A DNA stretch of 32,480 nt from Anaerolineales bacterium (GTDB taxonomy: Bacteria; Chloroflexota; Anaerolineae; Anaerolineales; E44-bin32). The notes under the pieces were generated by a model that saw nothing but the letters and a program-made list of their open reading frames with translations, had not been told where the DNA came from and did not search any database. The stretch spans positions 1-32,480 of the forward strand of contig DAOWMX010000001.1 in assembly GCA_030642885.1 (NCBI GenBank), read 5' to 3'. The stretch's first letter is position 1. Each line of letters begins with the position of its first letter. Position numbers and translations under genes: made by a program. Below are positions 16,453 through 24,056 of this stretch, in pieces.

Positions 16453-17331
16453 TCAGGGTAAAGTGCGTTGGGCAGAACGGAGTGTGTTTGCAAGCAAACC
16501 GGCGATGGTCATTGGGCCAACACCGCCAGGAACTGGGGTAATTGCTGCGGCAACTTCCATGGCCTCGTCGAAAGCTACGTCGCCTGTCAGGCGATACCCC
16601 CTCTCGCGGCTGGGGTCGTCAACACGATTCATACCGACGTCAATAACGTATGCACCGGGTTTGATCCAATCACCACGAATCATCTCTGCCCGACCTATGG
16701 CAGCGATGAGAATATCCGCCTCCCGGCAGACTGCGGGTAAATCTTTCGTGCGGGAATGACAGATTGTGGTTGTGGCGTTGGCTTTCACCAACAGCAGCGC
16801 CGCTGGCATGCCGACGATGTTCGATCGGCCTACAACAACTGCATTTGCTCCCTCTATCTGCGCTCCCGCTTTCTCCAGCAGGATCATGCATCCAGCCGGG
16901 GTGCAGGGGACGAAGAGCGGTTCGCGGCCCTTCTGTGCCAGACGCCCGATGTTTACTGGGTGGAAACCATCAACATCCTTATCGATGCTGATCGTTCGCA
17001 AAATCTGCTCCTCATCTAGACCTGCCGGAAGTGGAAGCTGGACAAGGATTCCATGCACCTTGGAATCTTCATTCAGCATCTGAACTAGTTTCTCGACTTC
17101 TTCCTGGGAAGCGTCGTCGGGCAGTTCATGATGAAAAGATTCAATACCTGCCTTAGCGCTGGCTTTTCGTTTCATGCGCACATAGGTATGCGACGCCGGG
17201 TTATCACCAACAAGCACCGTTGCCAACCCTGGTTGAGTTCCCCCCGCAGCGATTAATTCTTTCACACCCTTGGCGACATCTTCGCGTAGTTCAGCCGCGA
17301 TTGCTTTTCCGTCAATGATCTTTGCCGTCAT
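16453..17331 (-). CDS. folD: bifunctional 5,10-methylene-tetrahydrofolate dehydrogenase/cyclohydrolase
   Basis: 292 aa. MTAKIIDGKAIA...YVRMKRKA...ILVQLPLP...VVVGRSNIVGMP...PVPGGVGPMT are canonical FolD motifs. AAAGGAG lies upstream of the ATG. Confidence 0.92.
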   Translation of the reverse strand: MTAKIIDGKAIAAELREDVAKGVKELIAAGGTQPGLATVLVGDNPASHTYVRMKRKASAKAGIESFHHELPDDASQEEVEKLVQMLNEDSKVHGILVQLPLPAGLDEEQILRTISIDKDVDGFHPVNIGRLAQKGREPLFVPCTPAGCMILLEKAGAQIEGANAVVVGRSNIVGMPAALLLVKANATTTICHSRTKDLPAVCREADILIAAIGRAEMIRGDWIKPGAYVIDVGMNRVDDPSRERGYRLTGDVAFDEAMEVAAAITPVPGGVGPMTIAGLLANTLRSAQRTLP

Positions 17332-17435
17332 ATTCCACTCCTTTAGATTCCTGCATATAAGTAGCTAGTTGAAGACGCACGATCCAGCCATCTACAAGAT
17401 GCGAGACAAGACTTATTAGCCATCTTCGCACAATG

Positions 17436-17465
17436 ATTATGGTCTAACTAACAGACTATCTTCAA
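17436..17465 (-). promoter_or_regulatory. candidate sigma70 promoter for folD
   Basis: Minus strand: TTGAAG (17465-17460), an 18-nt spacer, then CATAAT (17441-17436). It would give a leader of roughly 95 nt. Confidence 0.4.
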
Positions 17466-17542
17466 GTACGGACGTGCCATGGACTACCTGACACTTGTCC
17501 TAATTTAATAAAGCAGACGAATCTTGGCTTCAAGCGGAAAAT

Positions 17543-19624
17543 TCAAGGGGAAGGGCGCCAGGCGGCGTCGAAATCCCAAAGCGGGTCAGATGTAATCTCC
17601 CCGTAATTCGTACAGGTTAAGCTGATGATGGCGATATCGTGATTTACACCATCTGGCCAAGTTTCAAACACTATCCACTGCCCGTCCGAGGACCAGGTTG
17701 GTTCCGACATGGGCTGTGCCGCAAGTGGTCCTTCAGGGCAAACCCTGATTACTCGATACCCCGCTTCTTCGAACGGCGCCACAACCAGTCTGGAGAGCCC
17801 GCCCACAAAACGTTGGTACAGGATCAAACTTCCATCGGGAGACCATGCCGCATGCGTGTCTCGTTCTGTGTCGCCTGCCGAGAACTTCACAGCATCACCC
17901 CCTTGAGCGGGCATGATCCAGAGTTCGGTGATCCCACTTAGTGAGCTCGCGAAGATGATCCGATCCCCCGTAGGCGACCACTCAGGCAGACGATTGTAAG
18001 CAAGATTGTCATTGAGATTCTTGACGTTCTCGCCGTCAAGATCCATGGTGAAGATCTGTGGGCGATTGGTTCGCAACGAAGTGAAGGCAATGCGGTTGCC
18101 GTTTGGATCCCAAGCAGGATCGTAGTCGCCCCCAGGAGCCGTGTGTAATTGTCTGGGCTCCGAGGCAATGCCGATGGGGTCAACGTCGATCAGCCATAAA
18201 CTCGACCCCGGGTATTCCTCCTGGTTGGCGCGGCAAGGTGAAGTGAAGACAAGCCTGTCCCCCGCCTGTGACCAGGCCGGCTGACAAGCCCCCTCTTGGA
18301 TATTTGTAAGTTGTTGAAGGCCTGTTCCGTCAATATTAAGTAGATAAATCTGCGCCCGGCCATCTCGGTTAGAAGCGAATGCAATTTGACCGAGCCCTCC
18401 ACCCGTAGACGTCGCGGTAGGTTGTGAAAACGGTGTCGCTGTTGCCTCGCTCACTACCACAGACGGCGTGTCTGTCCCGGCCAATATCGGTGTTGAAGAC
18501 GCGGTGAGGACGGCAATAATTTGAGTTGCTGTAGCACCAGGATCAATAATTTCGCTGCCCTCAGGAGTAGCGGAAGCAGTTTGCGCGGGGCTCTGAGCTA
18601 AGATCCCGACCAACTTTGGACCAAGATCGGGGATGAGTACGAACAGCCCTATCAGAACAACAATAGCAGCCAATCCGACAATCAAAGATTTGGGGATGCT
18701 GCGTTTTCGTATTCGACGAGAGACTACAGGTTCTGTGCCATCCGAATCATCAACGGGGGTCGGAATCACAGTTTGCTGCAGATTATCGTAATCTCGAACG
18801 ATTGTCGGATGTCTGGATCGAGAGGCCGATTGCATTGCTGAAGCGAATTCAGCGATGGATTGATACCGTTCTGATGGATCCACAGCCAGCGCTCTGGAAA
18901 TCACACCCGCAAGAGCGATGCTTATCCGTGGGTTTCGTTTCCGAATGGGGGTTAATTTATCGCGCCCCATCGCCCGTTCAAGCGAGTCCTCAGGAATTGT
19001 CGCGGTTAAAACTGCATAACAGGTTGCGCCCAGTGAATACACATCGGTGCGCCAATCAGTTTTCCCTGTTCCGTATTGCTCGGGCGGCGAAAATCCCGGC
19101 GTCATCGCCTTCGCTCCTGTCGTCGTCGCTCCACCCTTTTCAACAATCTTCGCCAAACCAAAATCAACGAGCATCGCCCGATTATCTGGGGTGATCTTGA
19201 TATTGCCGGGTTTGAGATCTCTATGAAGGATCGCAGGATTACGACTGTGCAGGTAAACTAGCGCATCGCAGATCTCGAGGAACCACGGCAACGCCTCCTC
19301 CTCAGAGATCGATCCTCGCTTCTCAAGCTGCTCACGTAAATCCACCCCCTTGATGAAATCCATCACCAGATATTGACCCTCACCCTCGATAACAAAGTGA
19401 TCGGTGACGCGCGGCATATTGGGATGACGCAGACTGGCAAGGATAGTTGCCTCACGGCGAAATTGGCGCGCATACTCTTCTGTCGTGAAGAGGTTTTCCT
19501 TCACCGCAACAGCGACGCCAAGGTTTATGTCGAAGGCTTTATACACAGCCCCCATGCCACCTTGGCCTAAGATACCTTCTATGCGATAACGATGGCGGAG
19601 TAAGCTTCCAGTCTTTAGGGGCAT
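17543..19624 (-). CDS. membrane receptor Ser/Thr protein kinase with extracytoplasmic TolB-like (PD40) beta-propeller
   Basis: Hanks kinase motifs are present: GQGGMGAVYKA, VAVKE, HRDLKPGNI, DFG and SPPE. These are followed by a Ser/Pro/Thr linker, one TM helix (LIVGLAAIVVLIGLFVLI) and repeated IAFxS-R-G-xQIY/LW units. The track start is TTG 19675. I use ATG 19624 (MPLKTGSLLRHRYRI), but its SD is weak, so the start is uncertain. Confidence 0.85.
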   Translation of the reverse strand: MPLKTGSLLRHRYRIEGILGQGGMGAVYKAFDINLGVAVAVKENLFTTEEYARQFRREATILASLRHPNMPRVTDHFVIEGEGQYLVMDFIKGVDLREQLEKRGSISEEEALPWFLEICDALVYLHSRNPAILHRDLKPGNIKITPDNRAMLVDFGLAKIVEKGGATTTGAKAMTPGFSPPEQYGTGKTDWRTDVYSLGATCYAVLTATIPEDSLERAMGRDKLTPIRKRNPRISIALAGVISRALAVDPSERYQSIAEFASAMQSASRSRHPTIVRDYDNLQQTVIPTPVDDSDGTEPVVSRRIRKRSIPKSLIVGLAAIVVLIGLFVLIPDLGPKLVGILAQSPAQTASATPEGSEIIDPGATATQIIAVLTASSTPILAGTDTPSVVVSEATATPFSQPTATSTGGGLGQIAFASNRDGRAQIYLLNIDGTGLQQLTNIQEGACQPAWSQAGDRLVFTSPCRANQEEYPGSSLWLIDVDPIGIASEPRQLHTAPGGDYDPAWDPNGNRIAFTSLRTNRPQIFTMDLDGENVKNLNDNLAYNRLPEWSPTGDRIIFASSLSGITELWIMPAQGGDAVKFSAGDTERDTHAAWSPDGSLILYQRFVGGLSRLVVAPFEEAGYRVIRVCPEGPLAAQPMSEPTWSSDGQWIVFETWPDGVNHDIAIISLTCTNYGEITSDPLWDFDAAWRPSP

Positions 19625-19830
19625 TAAGGTCTCAGTCAAGAAGAACGATTGCGCTAACCTCGCCCATTGTAGCAAACGGTCAATGATTTGACCACCATTA
19701 ACCTGGATCGAAGGGTTACTGTAAGTGTTTAAGACGTTAGAATGGAGAAAGACCCATTAATCACGAATGCTGAAATTTGAGTCCAGTAAAGAGAGCCATC
19801 TCTCAGTTTCTATGCAAAAAAAGAGAGTAT

Positions 19831-20835
19831 ATGACAATGCCGATGTCAACTCAAATTAACTCCCCTGATACTATTCATCACTGTCTCACGCAAAATGCGG
19901 ACCGTGGTCTGTTAGCTATGGCGATCACGCTATTCCTCCTTCTCATCAGCGGGTGTTCAAGTATTCAATCGGCTCCCCCACCTACCCCCACATCTTTATC
20001 TGCACAACTCGAACAGAACTCTCACTCGAAAATCCGGGGGGAATCTACGCCGCTTCACTTGCCCGTCGCGACCCCACCCCCGGCTTCTTCCCCAACGGCT
20101 GCGCCAACACCAAGCCCATTCTTGCGCGGTCCACTCGCCATCGGCACTTCCGTTGCCGGTCGGGATTTGGAGGTCTTCCAATTCGGTTCCGGCGCTTCTC
20201 AGAGAATGATTGTCGCCGGAATTCATGGCGGTTATGAAGGAAACACCATCCGCCTCGCAGATGAAATGATCCAGGTTCTGACAGCGAAACCGGATTTAAT
20301 TCCGACCTCAGTCACATTGTACATCCTGAGGTCGCTTAACCCCGATGGAGAAGCCAGGTCGGATAGTTATAAGGGCCGAGCCAACGAGAACCTCGTTGAC
20401 TTGAACCGGAACTGGCCAGCATTCTGGCAGTCCACCTGGCCCCGGGAGGGTTGTTGGACCTACACCTATGTTTCGGGCGGGAGCCATCCTGCTTCCGAAC
20501 CTGAAACACGCGCCTTGATGAATTTCCTCTTGACGTACCGGATCGAAGCATTGATCTCCTACCACAGCGCAGCGCTGGGCATCTTTCCAGGTGGTCAGCC
20601 TCCGGATTCCGCTTCCATCAGCCTTGCGGAAGCCATCTCAAAAGTGAGTGATTACCCCTACCCGCCAATTGAAACCGGCTGCCAGTACACAGGTCAACTT
20701 ATCGATTGGGCTTCACTGCAAGGTATCGCTGCAGTAGATATTGAACTGACCAATCATGAAGACACAGATTTGTGGCAGAACTTAAAAGTGCTTGAAGCAT
20801 TCCTTGCCTGGGATTCAGCTCAACCCAATCCGTAG
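19831..20835 (+). CDS. M14-family zinc carboxypeptidase-like lipoprotein
   Basis: The lipobox is LLLISGC, followed by a Pro/Thr/Ser-rich linker. M14 motifs are present: DLNRNW, ISYHS and DIEL. The first zinc motif reads IHGGYEGN (H-x3-E) rather than the usual HxxE. The start is uncertain: ATG 19831 with AGAGAG upstream, whereas the track uses TTG 19777. Confidence 0.75.
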   Translation: MTMPMSTQINSPDTIHHCLTQNADRGLLAMAITLFLLLISGCSSIQSAPPPTPTSLSAQLEQNSHSKIRGESTPLHLPVATPPPASSPTAAPTPSPFLRGPLAIGTSVAGRDLEVFQFGSGASQRMIVAGIHGGYEGNTIRLADEMIQVLTAKPDLIPTSVTLYILRSLNPDGEARSDSYKGRANENLVDLNRNWPAFWQSTWPREGCWTYTYVSGGSHPASEPETRALMNFLLTYRIEALISYHSAALGIFPGGQPPDSASISLAEAISKVSDYPYPPIETGCQYTGQLIDWASLQGIAAVDIELTNHEDTDLWQNLKVLEAFLAWDSAQPNP

Positions 20836-20911
20836 ATGGATAGGGCGCCTCCACCGCAAATGCTGCACCCGCTTCGTGCTCAAACACAACGGCAAATCAC
20901 ATGAAGAAAGA

Positions 20912-20954
20912 AAACCGCCTCGGGGACATGCTCTCATGTCAATCGAGGCGGTTT
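20912..20954. terminator. bidirectional terminator between convergent genes
   Basis: AAACCGCCTCG (20912-20922) pairs with CGAGGCGGTTT (20944-20954). An inner GACATG-ctct-CATGTC extends the helix. An A-run lies upstream and a T-rich tail lies downstream. Confidence 0.65.
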
Positions 20955-21020
20955 GCGAATGTTTCAATTCTTGGTTCTGAAGAATCAAGCCCGCACTTCT
21001 TCAGATCATGCAATCCCAAA

Positions 21021-21539
21021 TCAGGCTGGTGCTTCCTCCTGCTTCCTCAATCGGTGCGCGCGGTAAAGGTCCATGAGATGAAGGATGAAAGCTCCAAATC
21101 CGCGTAAACCGAGATAGGGGAAAAGACCGAACCAGCCAATATAGGGCACCAAACAAGCCAGGATTACAACTCCAGCACCAGAGGCTTGCAGCTTCCACCC
21201 CTCTGCTCCCGTGAATACCAGACCGGCGATCAAACGCACCATCGCTGTGAGGCCAAAAACAATGCCGACAGCGACGAAAATAGCGACGCAGAATCCTGGC
21301 ACAGCAGGCACGATGCCCCATGCTGAGATTTCAGAAAGGCTCATTAAGCCCACCGCAATCGCAATTAAGAACACTGTGTTGGCCAATCCAACCCAAAAGG
21401 CTCGGCCTGGTTTTTCTTCTGCTGATCGCGTGATACCTTCGACCAACTCTCCGAAAAGCGCCTCGAGGGTGATGAAGAATGCAGCCAGGCAGAAACCTAT
21501 CAAAACCACCAGTAGTAGAAGAAGAAACGGTTGATCCAT
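21021..21539 (-). CDS. hypothetical integral membrane protein (about 5 TM helices)
   Basis: 172 aa, hydrophobic throughout with a short basic C-terminal tail. It is the third gene after the ECF sigma and anti-sigma genes. GGAGG lies upstream of the ATG. Confidence 0.7.
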   Translation of the reverse strand: MDQPFLLLLLVVLIGFCLAAFFITLEALFGELVEGITRSAEEKPGRAFWVGLANTVFLIAIAVGLMSLSEISAWGIVPAVPGFCVAIFVAVGIVFGLTAMVRLIAGLVFTGAEGWKLQASGAGVVILACLVPYIGWFGLFPYLGLRGFGAFILHLMDLYRAHRLRKQEEAPA

Positions 21540-21647
21540 TGTAAATACCTCCGATATTTTCTTTTTAAAGATTATGTTTGAACGTAACCGTCAACTCAAA
21601 TTCCTATTCTTCCTTAGAACCTCTCAGCAACTGATGATGAGAGTTTC

Positions 21648-22235
21648 TCAATGCTGAGCCTGCCCATTGGCAGACTGCCGGAGCAGGAGTCCATTACTTA
21701 AGAGCCAAAGCAAGGTCGTCCCTCCAATCACCAAGGCGAGCGAAAGTCCTGTGATTGGCCAATCTATCGCCGGCATGGAAAACGTGGCGATCCACTGGGT
21801 GTGAATCCAGTTGAGGAACTCTCTCACAAAAAGGAGCCCTTGTGCGGATAGTTCCTCGAATTTCCGCAATGGTTCGAGGAGCTCCACGAGGGAAAACCTG
21901 TTTACAAGTTCAAGGGAGATTCTTGGCCAGATGGCGGCGGACACGATAATAGCGGCGGCGAGCTGAGCCATTAATACCAGGTACAAGTAAGGCTTTCTAT
22001 CTTCCTTCAGAGCAATGGAGCGGATGACCCTCGCTGAGATATCATGCGCCAACGGCTCATCCTGCAAGCGCTCCATCTCTGAATATAAGTATTTCAAGCT
22101 CGCGTACTTTGCGGCGCAGTCATCACATTGCGCAAGGTGCAGTTCCAGTCGCTCACGATCCTCATCTACGAGCACACCATCCAAATACTCCTGCATTGAC
22201 CACTCATCATGATGAGACTTACGATCTTTAGACAT
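21648..22235 (-). CDS. anti-sigma factor (zf-HC2 type), membrane-anchored
   Basis: The N-terminal H-x3-C-x2-C motif (HLAQCDDCAAKY) is present, with two TM segments. The start overlaps the sigma gene stop by 8 nt. Confidence 0.75.
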   Translation of the reverse strand: MSKDRKSHHDEWSMQEYLDGVLVDEDRERLELHLAQCDDCAAKYASLKYLYSEMERLQDEPLAHDISARVIRSIALKEDRKPYLYLVLMAQLAAAIIVSAAIWPRISLELVNRFSLVELLEPLRKFEELSAQGLLFVREFLNWIHTQWIATFSMPAIDWPITGLSLALVIGGTTLLWLLSNGLLLRQSANGQAQH

Positions 22236-22773
22236 CCGTTGATATCCTCTGCGCTAAAGATTTCCGCGCCCGAAAAAGGTTACTCTTCACATCACTGAGG
22301 GGGATATTCAATGCCTTTGATATCTCCAAATAGCTCAGTTCCTGAAAGTGCCGAAGTTCGATCACGGCTCGATAATGCGCTGGCAGCATACCTATTGCCT
22401 GACGCAACGATGTTTTCCGTTCATGGTCTTCCTGAGCGCGTTCAGGGCTTTGTTCATTAGAGACCGCCAGTTCAAACTCGTCATCCAGTGGTAAACAATA
22501 ACGCCGATTTCGATTGATATAGTTCAGGCAGAGATTCACCGCGATCCTTCGCGCCCATGGGATAAATGGGCGATCACAATCGTAGGAGTCAAGATGAGAA
22601 TGCACACGGATAAAAGTCTCCTGAGTTAAATCCTCCGCGTCATGCGGATCTCCCAACATGCGATAGCATACGTTGAAAACTAAGCCCTGATAGCGTTGGA
22701 CCAAGTCACCATATGCTTCCAGCTCACCACGCTTTGTGCGGAGTACAAGGCTCCGGTCGGAGGGATTTTCCAT
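22228..22773 (-). CDS. ECF-type RNA polymerase sigma factor (sigma-70 family group 4)
   Basis: 181 aa. Region 2 is YGDLVQRYQGLVFNVCYRMLGDPHDAEDLTQETFIRV. Region 4 is LPAHYRAVIELRHFQELSYLEISKALNIPLSDVKSNLFRARKSL. Confidence 0.88.
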   Translation of the reverse strand: MENPSDRSLVLRTKRGELEAYGDLVQRYQGLVFNVCYRMLGDPHDAEDLTQETFIRVHSHLDSYDCDRPFIPWARRIAVNLCLNYINRNRRYCLPLDDEFELAVSNEQSPERAQEDHERKTSLRQAIGMLPAHYRAVIELRHFQELSYLEISKALNIPLSDVKSNLFRARKSLAQRISTDV

Positions 22774-23346
22774 GCCTATACATTACTACACGATTAAGAG
22801 AGGAAATGTTGCAGTTCGTTAACAAAACCGCGGTCTGCGGGAGATTTAACGCGCAGACATTATAGCGCAGGCTACGCCTGCGACCGGAAGCAGCGCTTCC
22901 TGACTCCACAAAGACCAACACCCCTCTCCAGTGTGGTACTTATCACAATGCCTATCCCATGAGCGCTGCTAAGTATTCCTTTGTGCATAATTGGTTCGAG
23001 CTGAGAGCTTGATGTTTGATCCGGGCGGGGCTCCACGCTTCGCGAGGGGAGTGGTCCCTCGACACTTCGGCTTAGTTTATCTTGAGCGAAAAGAATTGGA
23101 GCCGAAGGGCTCAGTGCAGGCGAGCTCGGGATGATAAGTCCCCCACGGTCCCCTCGCGTGCATCCCCGAAGCAGAGCGGAGGGGGTTTTGGGGGATTTAG
23201 GGGAAAAAAAGAAAATCATCACGTCTGCAAAGCTCCGTCAATTTGTTCAGCCACGCAAACCTCGTAGCACAGCGCAACCGGAATGCAGAACTTCCGCACT
23301 CCACAATAGCCAAGTCTTTTTTTCCAAAGGGTTCCATGCTTTACGG

Positions 23347-23352
23347 TATAAT
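23347..23352 (+). promoter_or_regulatory. -10 element (TATAAT) of the nfuA promoter
   Basis: A perfect TATAAT lies 22 nt upstream of ATG 23374. TCCAAA or TTCCAA sits 18-19 nt upstream as a weak -35. AGGAGGG serves as the SD at 23363-23369. Confidence 0.5.
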
Positions 23353-23373
23353 CGCCGGCATTAGGAGGGTTTC

Positions 23374-23967
23374 ATGATTGAGATTACAGAATCTGCCGAG
23401 AAAGCAATCAAAGAACTATTGCAAGATGAGAGCAAATCAGGAATGTCCTTGCGGATACAGATCGTTGGCCGCGGACCAGGAGGGTTCCAGTACGCGGTGA
23501 GGTTTGTGCCCGAGGAAGATCAATCTGACGATGATGAAGCGATTCGATGCGATGGCTTCAGAGTCCTGATCGATCCTGAGACTGTACCCGATTTCAAAGG
23601 CTCGAAGCTGGACTATAAAGAAGACAATTTCCAGCAAGGCTTTCTGATCGATAACCCCAATCCTGTTTGGAAGGACCCAGACGCGCAGGCGGTTCAAGAG
23701 CTATTGGACACCAAGGTCAATCCCGGCCTGGCTTCCCACGGAGGTTTTGTGGCCTTGCTCGACTATAAGGACGATACCGCGTATATCACCTTCGGCGGTG
23801 GTTGTCAGGGCTGTGGGCTCGTCGATGTGACGCTTAAGGATGGGGTAGAGGTTACGATTAAAGAAGCCCTGCCTCAGGTGAAAAAAGTCATTGATACAAC
23901 CGACCATGCGTCAGGCAAGACTCCTTTTTACAATAACGACGGAGATGGGGATTCAGCGCTCTCCTGA
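23374..23967 (+). CDS. nfuA: NfuA-type Fe-S cluster carrier (degenerate A-type/HesB N-domain plus Nfu C-domain)
   Basis: 197 aa. The N-terminus is IEITESAEKAIKELL...LRIQIVGRGPGGFQY...LDYKEDNFQQGF. The C-domain is GLASHGGFVALLDYKDDTAYITFGGGCQGCG with the CxxC cluster ligands. Confidence 0.8.
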   Translation: MIEITESAEKAIKELLQDESKSGMSLRIQIVGRGPGGFQYAVRFVPEEDQSDDDEAIRCDGFRVLIDPETVPDFKGSKLDYKEDNFQQGFLIDNPNPVWKDPDAQAVQELLDTKVNPGLASHGGFVALLDYKDDTAYITFGGGCQGCGLVDVTLKDGVEVTIKEALPQVKKVIDTTDHASGKTPFYNNDGDGDSALS

Positions 23968-24003
23968 CAACTGCTCGACTCCGCACTAAACATCGAGAAC
24001 ACA

Positions 24004-24037
24004 AAAGGGGCTCCGATGATACCTTCGGAGCCCCTTT
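24004..24037. terminator. bidirectional terminator between nfuA and gyrB
   Basis: AAAGGGGCTCCGA (24004-24016) and TCGGAGCCCCTTT (24025-24037) form a perfect 13-bp stem with an 8-nt loop. TTTCTATATT follows on the plus strand and TTTTGTGTT follows on the minus strand. Confidence 0.8.
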
Positions 24038-24056
24038 CTATATTGACTTCACTGGG

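Noticed and set aside
17332-17435. Possible ZTP (pfl) or THF riboswitch in the roughly 95-nt folD leader
   Set aside because: The conserved pfl elements (GACUGGCG-type 5' module and CCGCCUGGGC 3' module) are not present. Only a weak 6-bp hairpin (AAGATG/CATCTT) and a duplicated AGATGGCT are seen.
21571-21594. TTGACG ... CATAAT pair upstream of the 172-aa membrane protein gene as a sigma70 promoter
   Set aside because: The spacer is only 12 nt, incompatible with sigma70 geometry.
22876-22900. SRP (4.5S) RNA domain IV-like string CCGGAAGCAGCG
   Set aside because: Only a partial resemblance. The conserved GGUCC-GGAA-GGAAGCAGCC arrangement and the flanking long helix are absent on both strands. 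The sequence is better explained as a simple 6-bp palindrome.
22993-23001. tRNA T-loop-like strings GGTTCGAGC (22993-23001) and GTTCGAACC (29446-29454)
   Set aside because: No complementary T-stem, acceptor stem or anticodon arm can be drawn around either. The second is just an 8-bp palindrome.
23018-23036. RNase P RNA P4-like string ATCCGGGCGGGGCTCCA
   Set aside because: The hallmark GAGGAAAGUCCGGGC, the GGUAAGAGCGCACC module and the ACAGAACCCGGCUUA 3' element are all missing from the region.
22872-23222. 116-aa minus-strand ORF and the overlapping plus-strand ORFs (23082-23267, 23131-23364) in the sigma-nfuA spacer
   Set aside because: They are low-complexity (Pro/Ser/Arg/Gly), have no SD, start inside homopolymer tracts, and overlap each other on both strands. 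The region is reported as non-coding or unknown instead.
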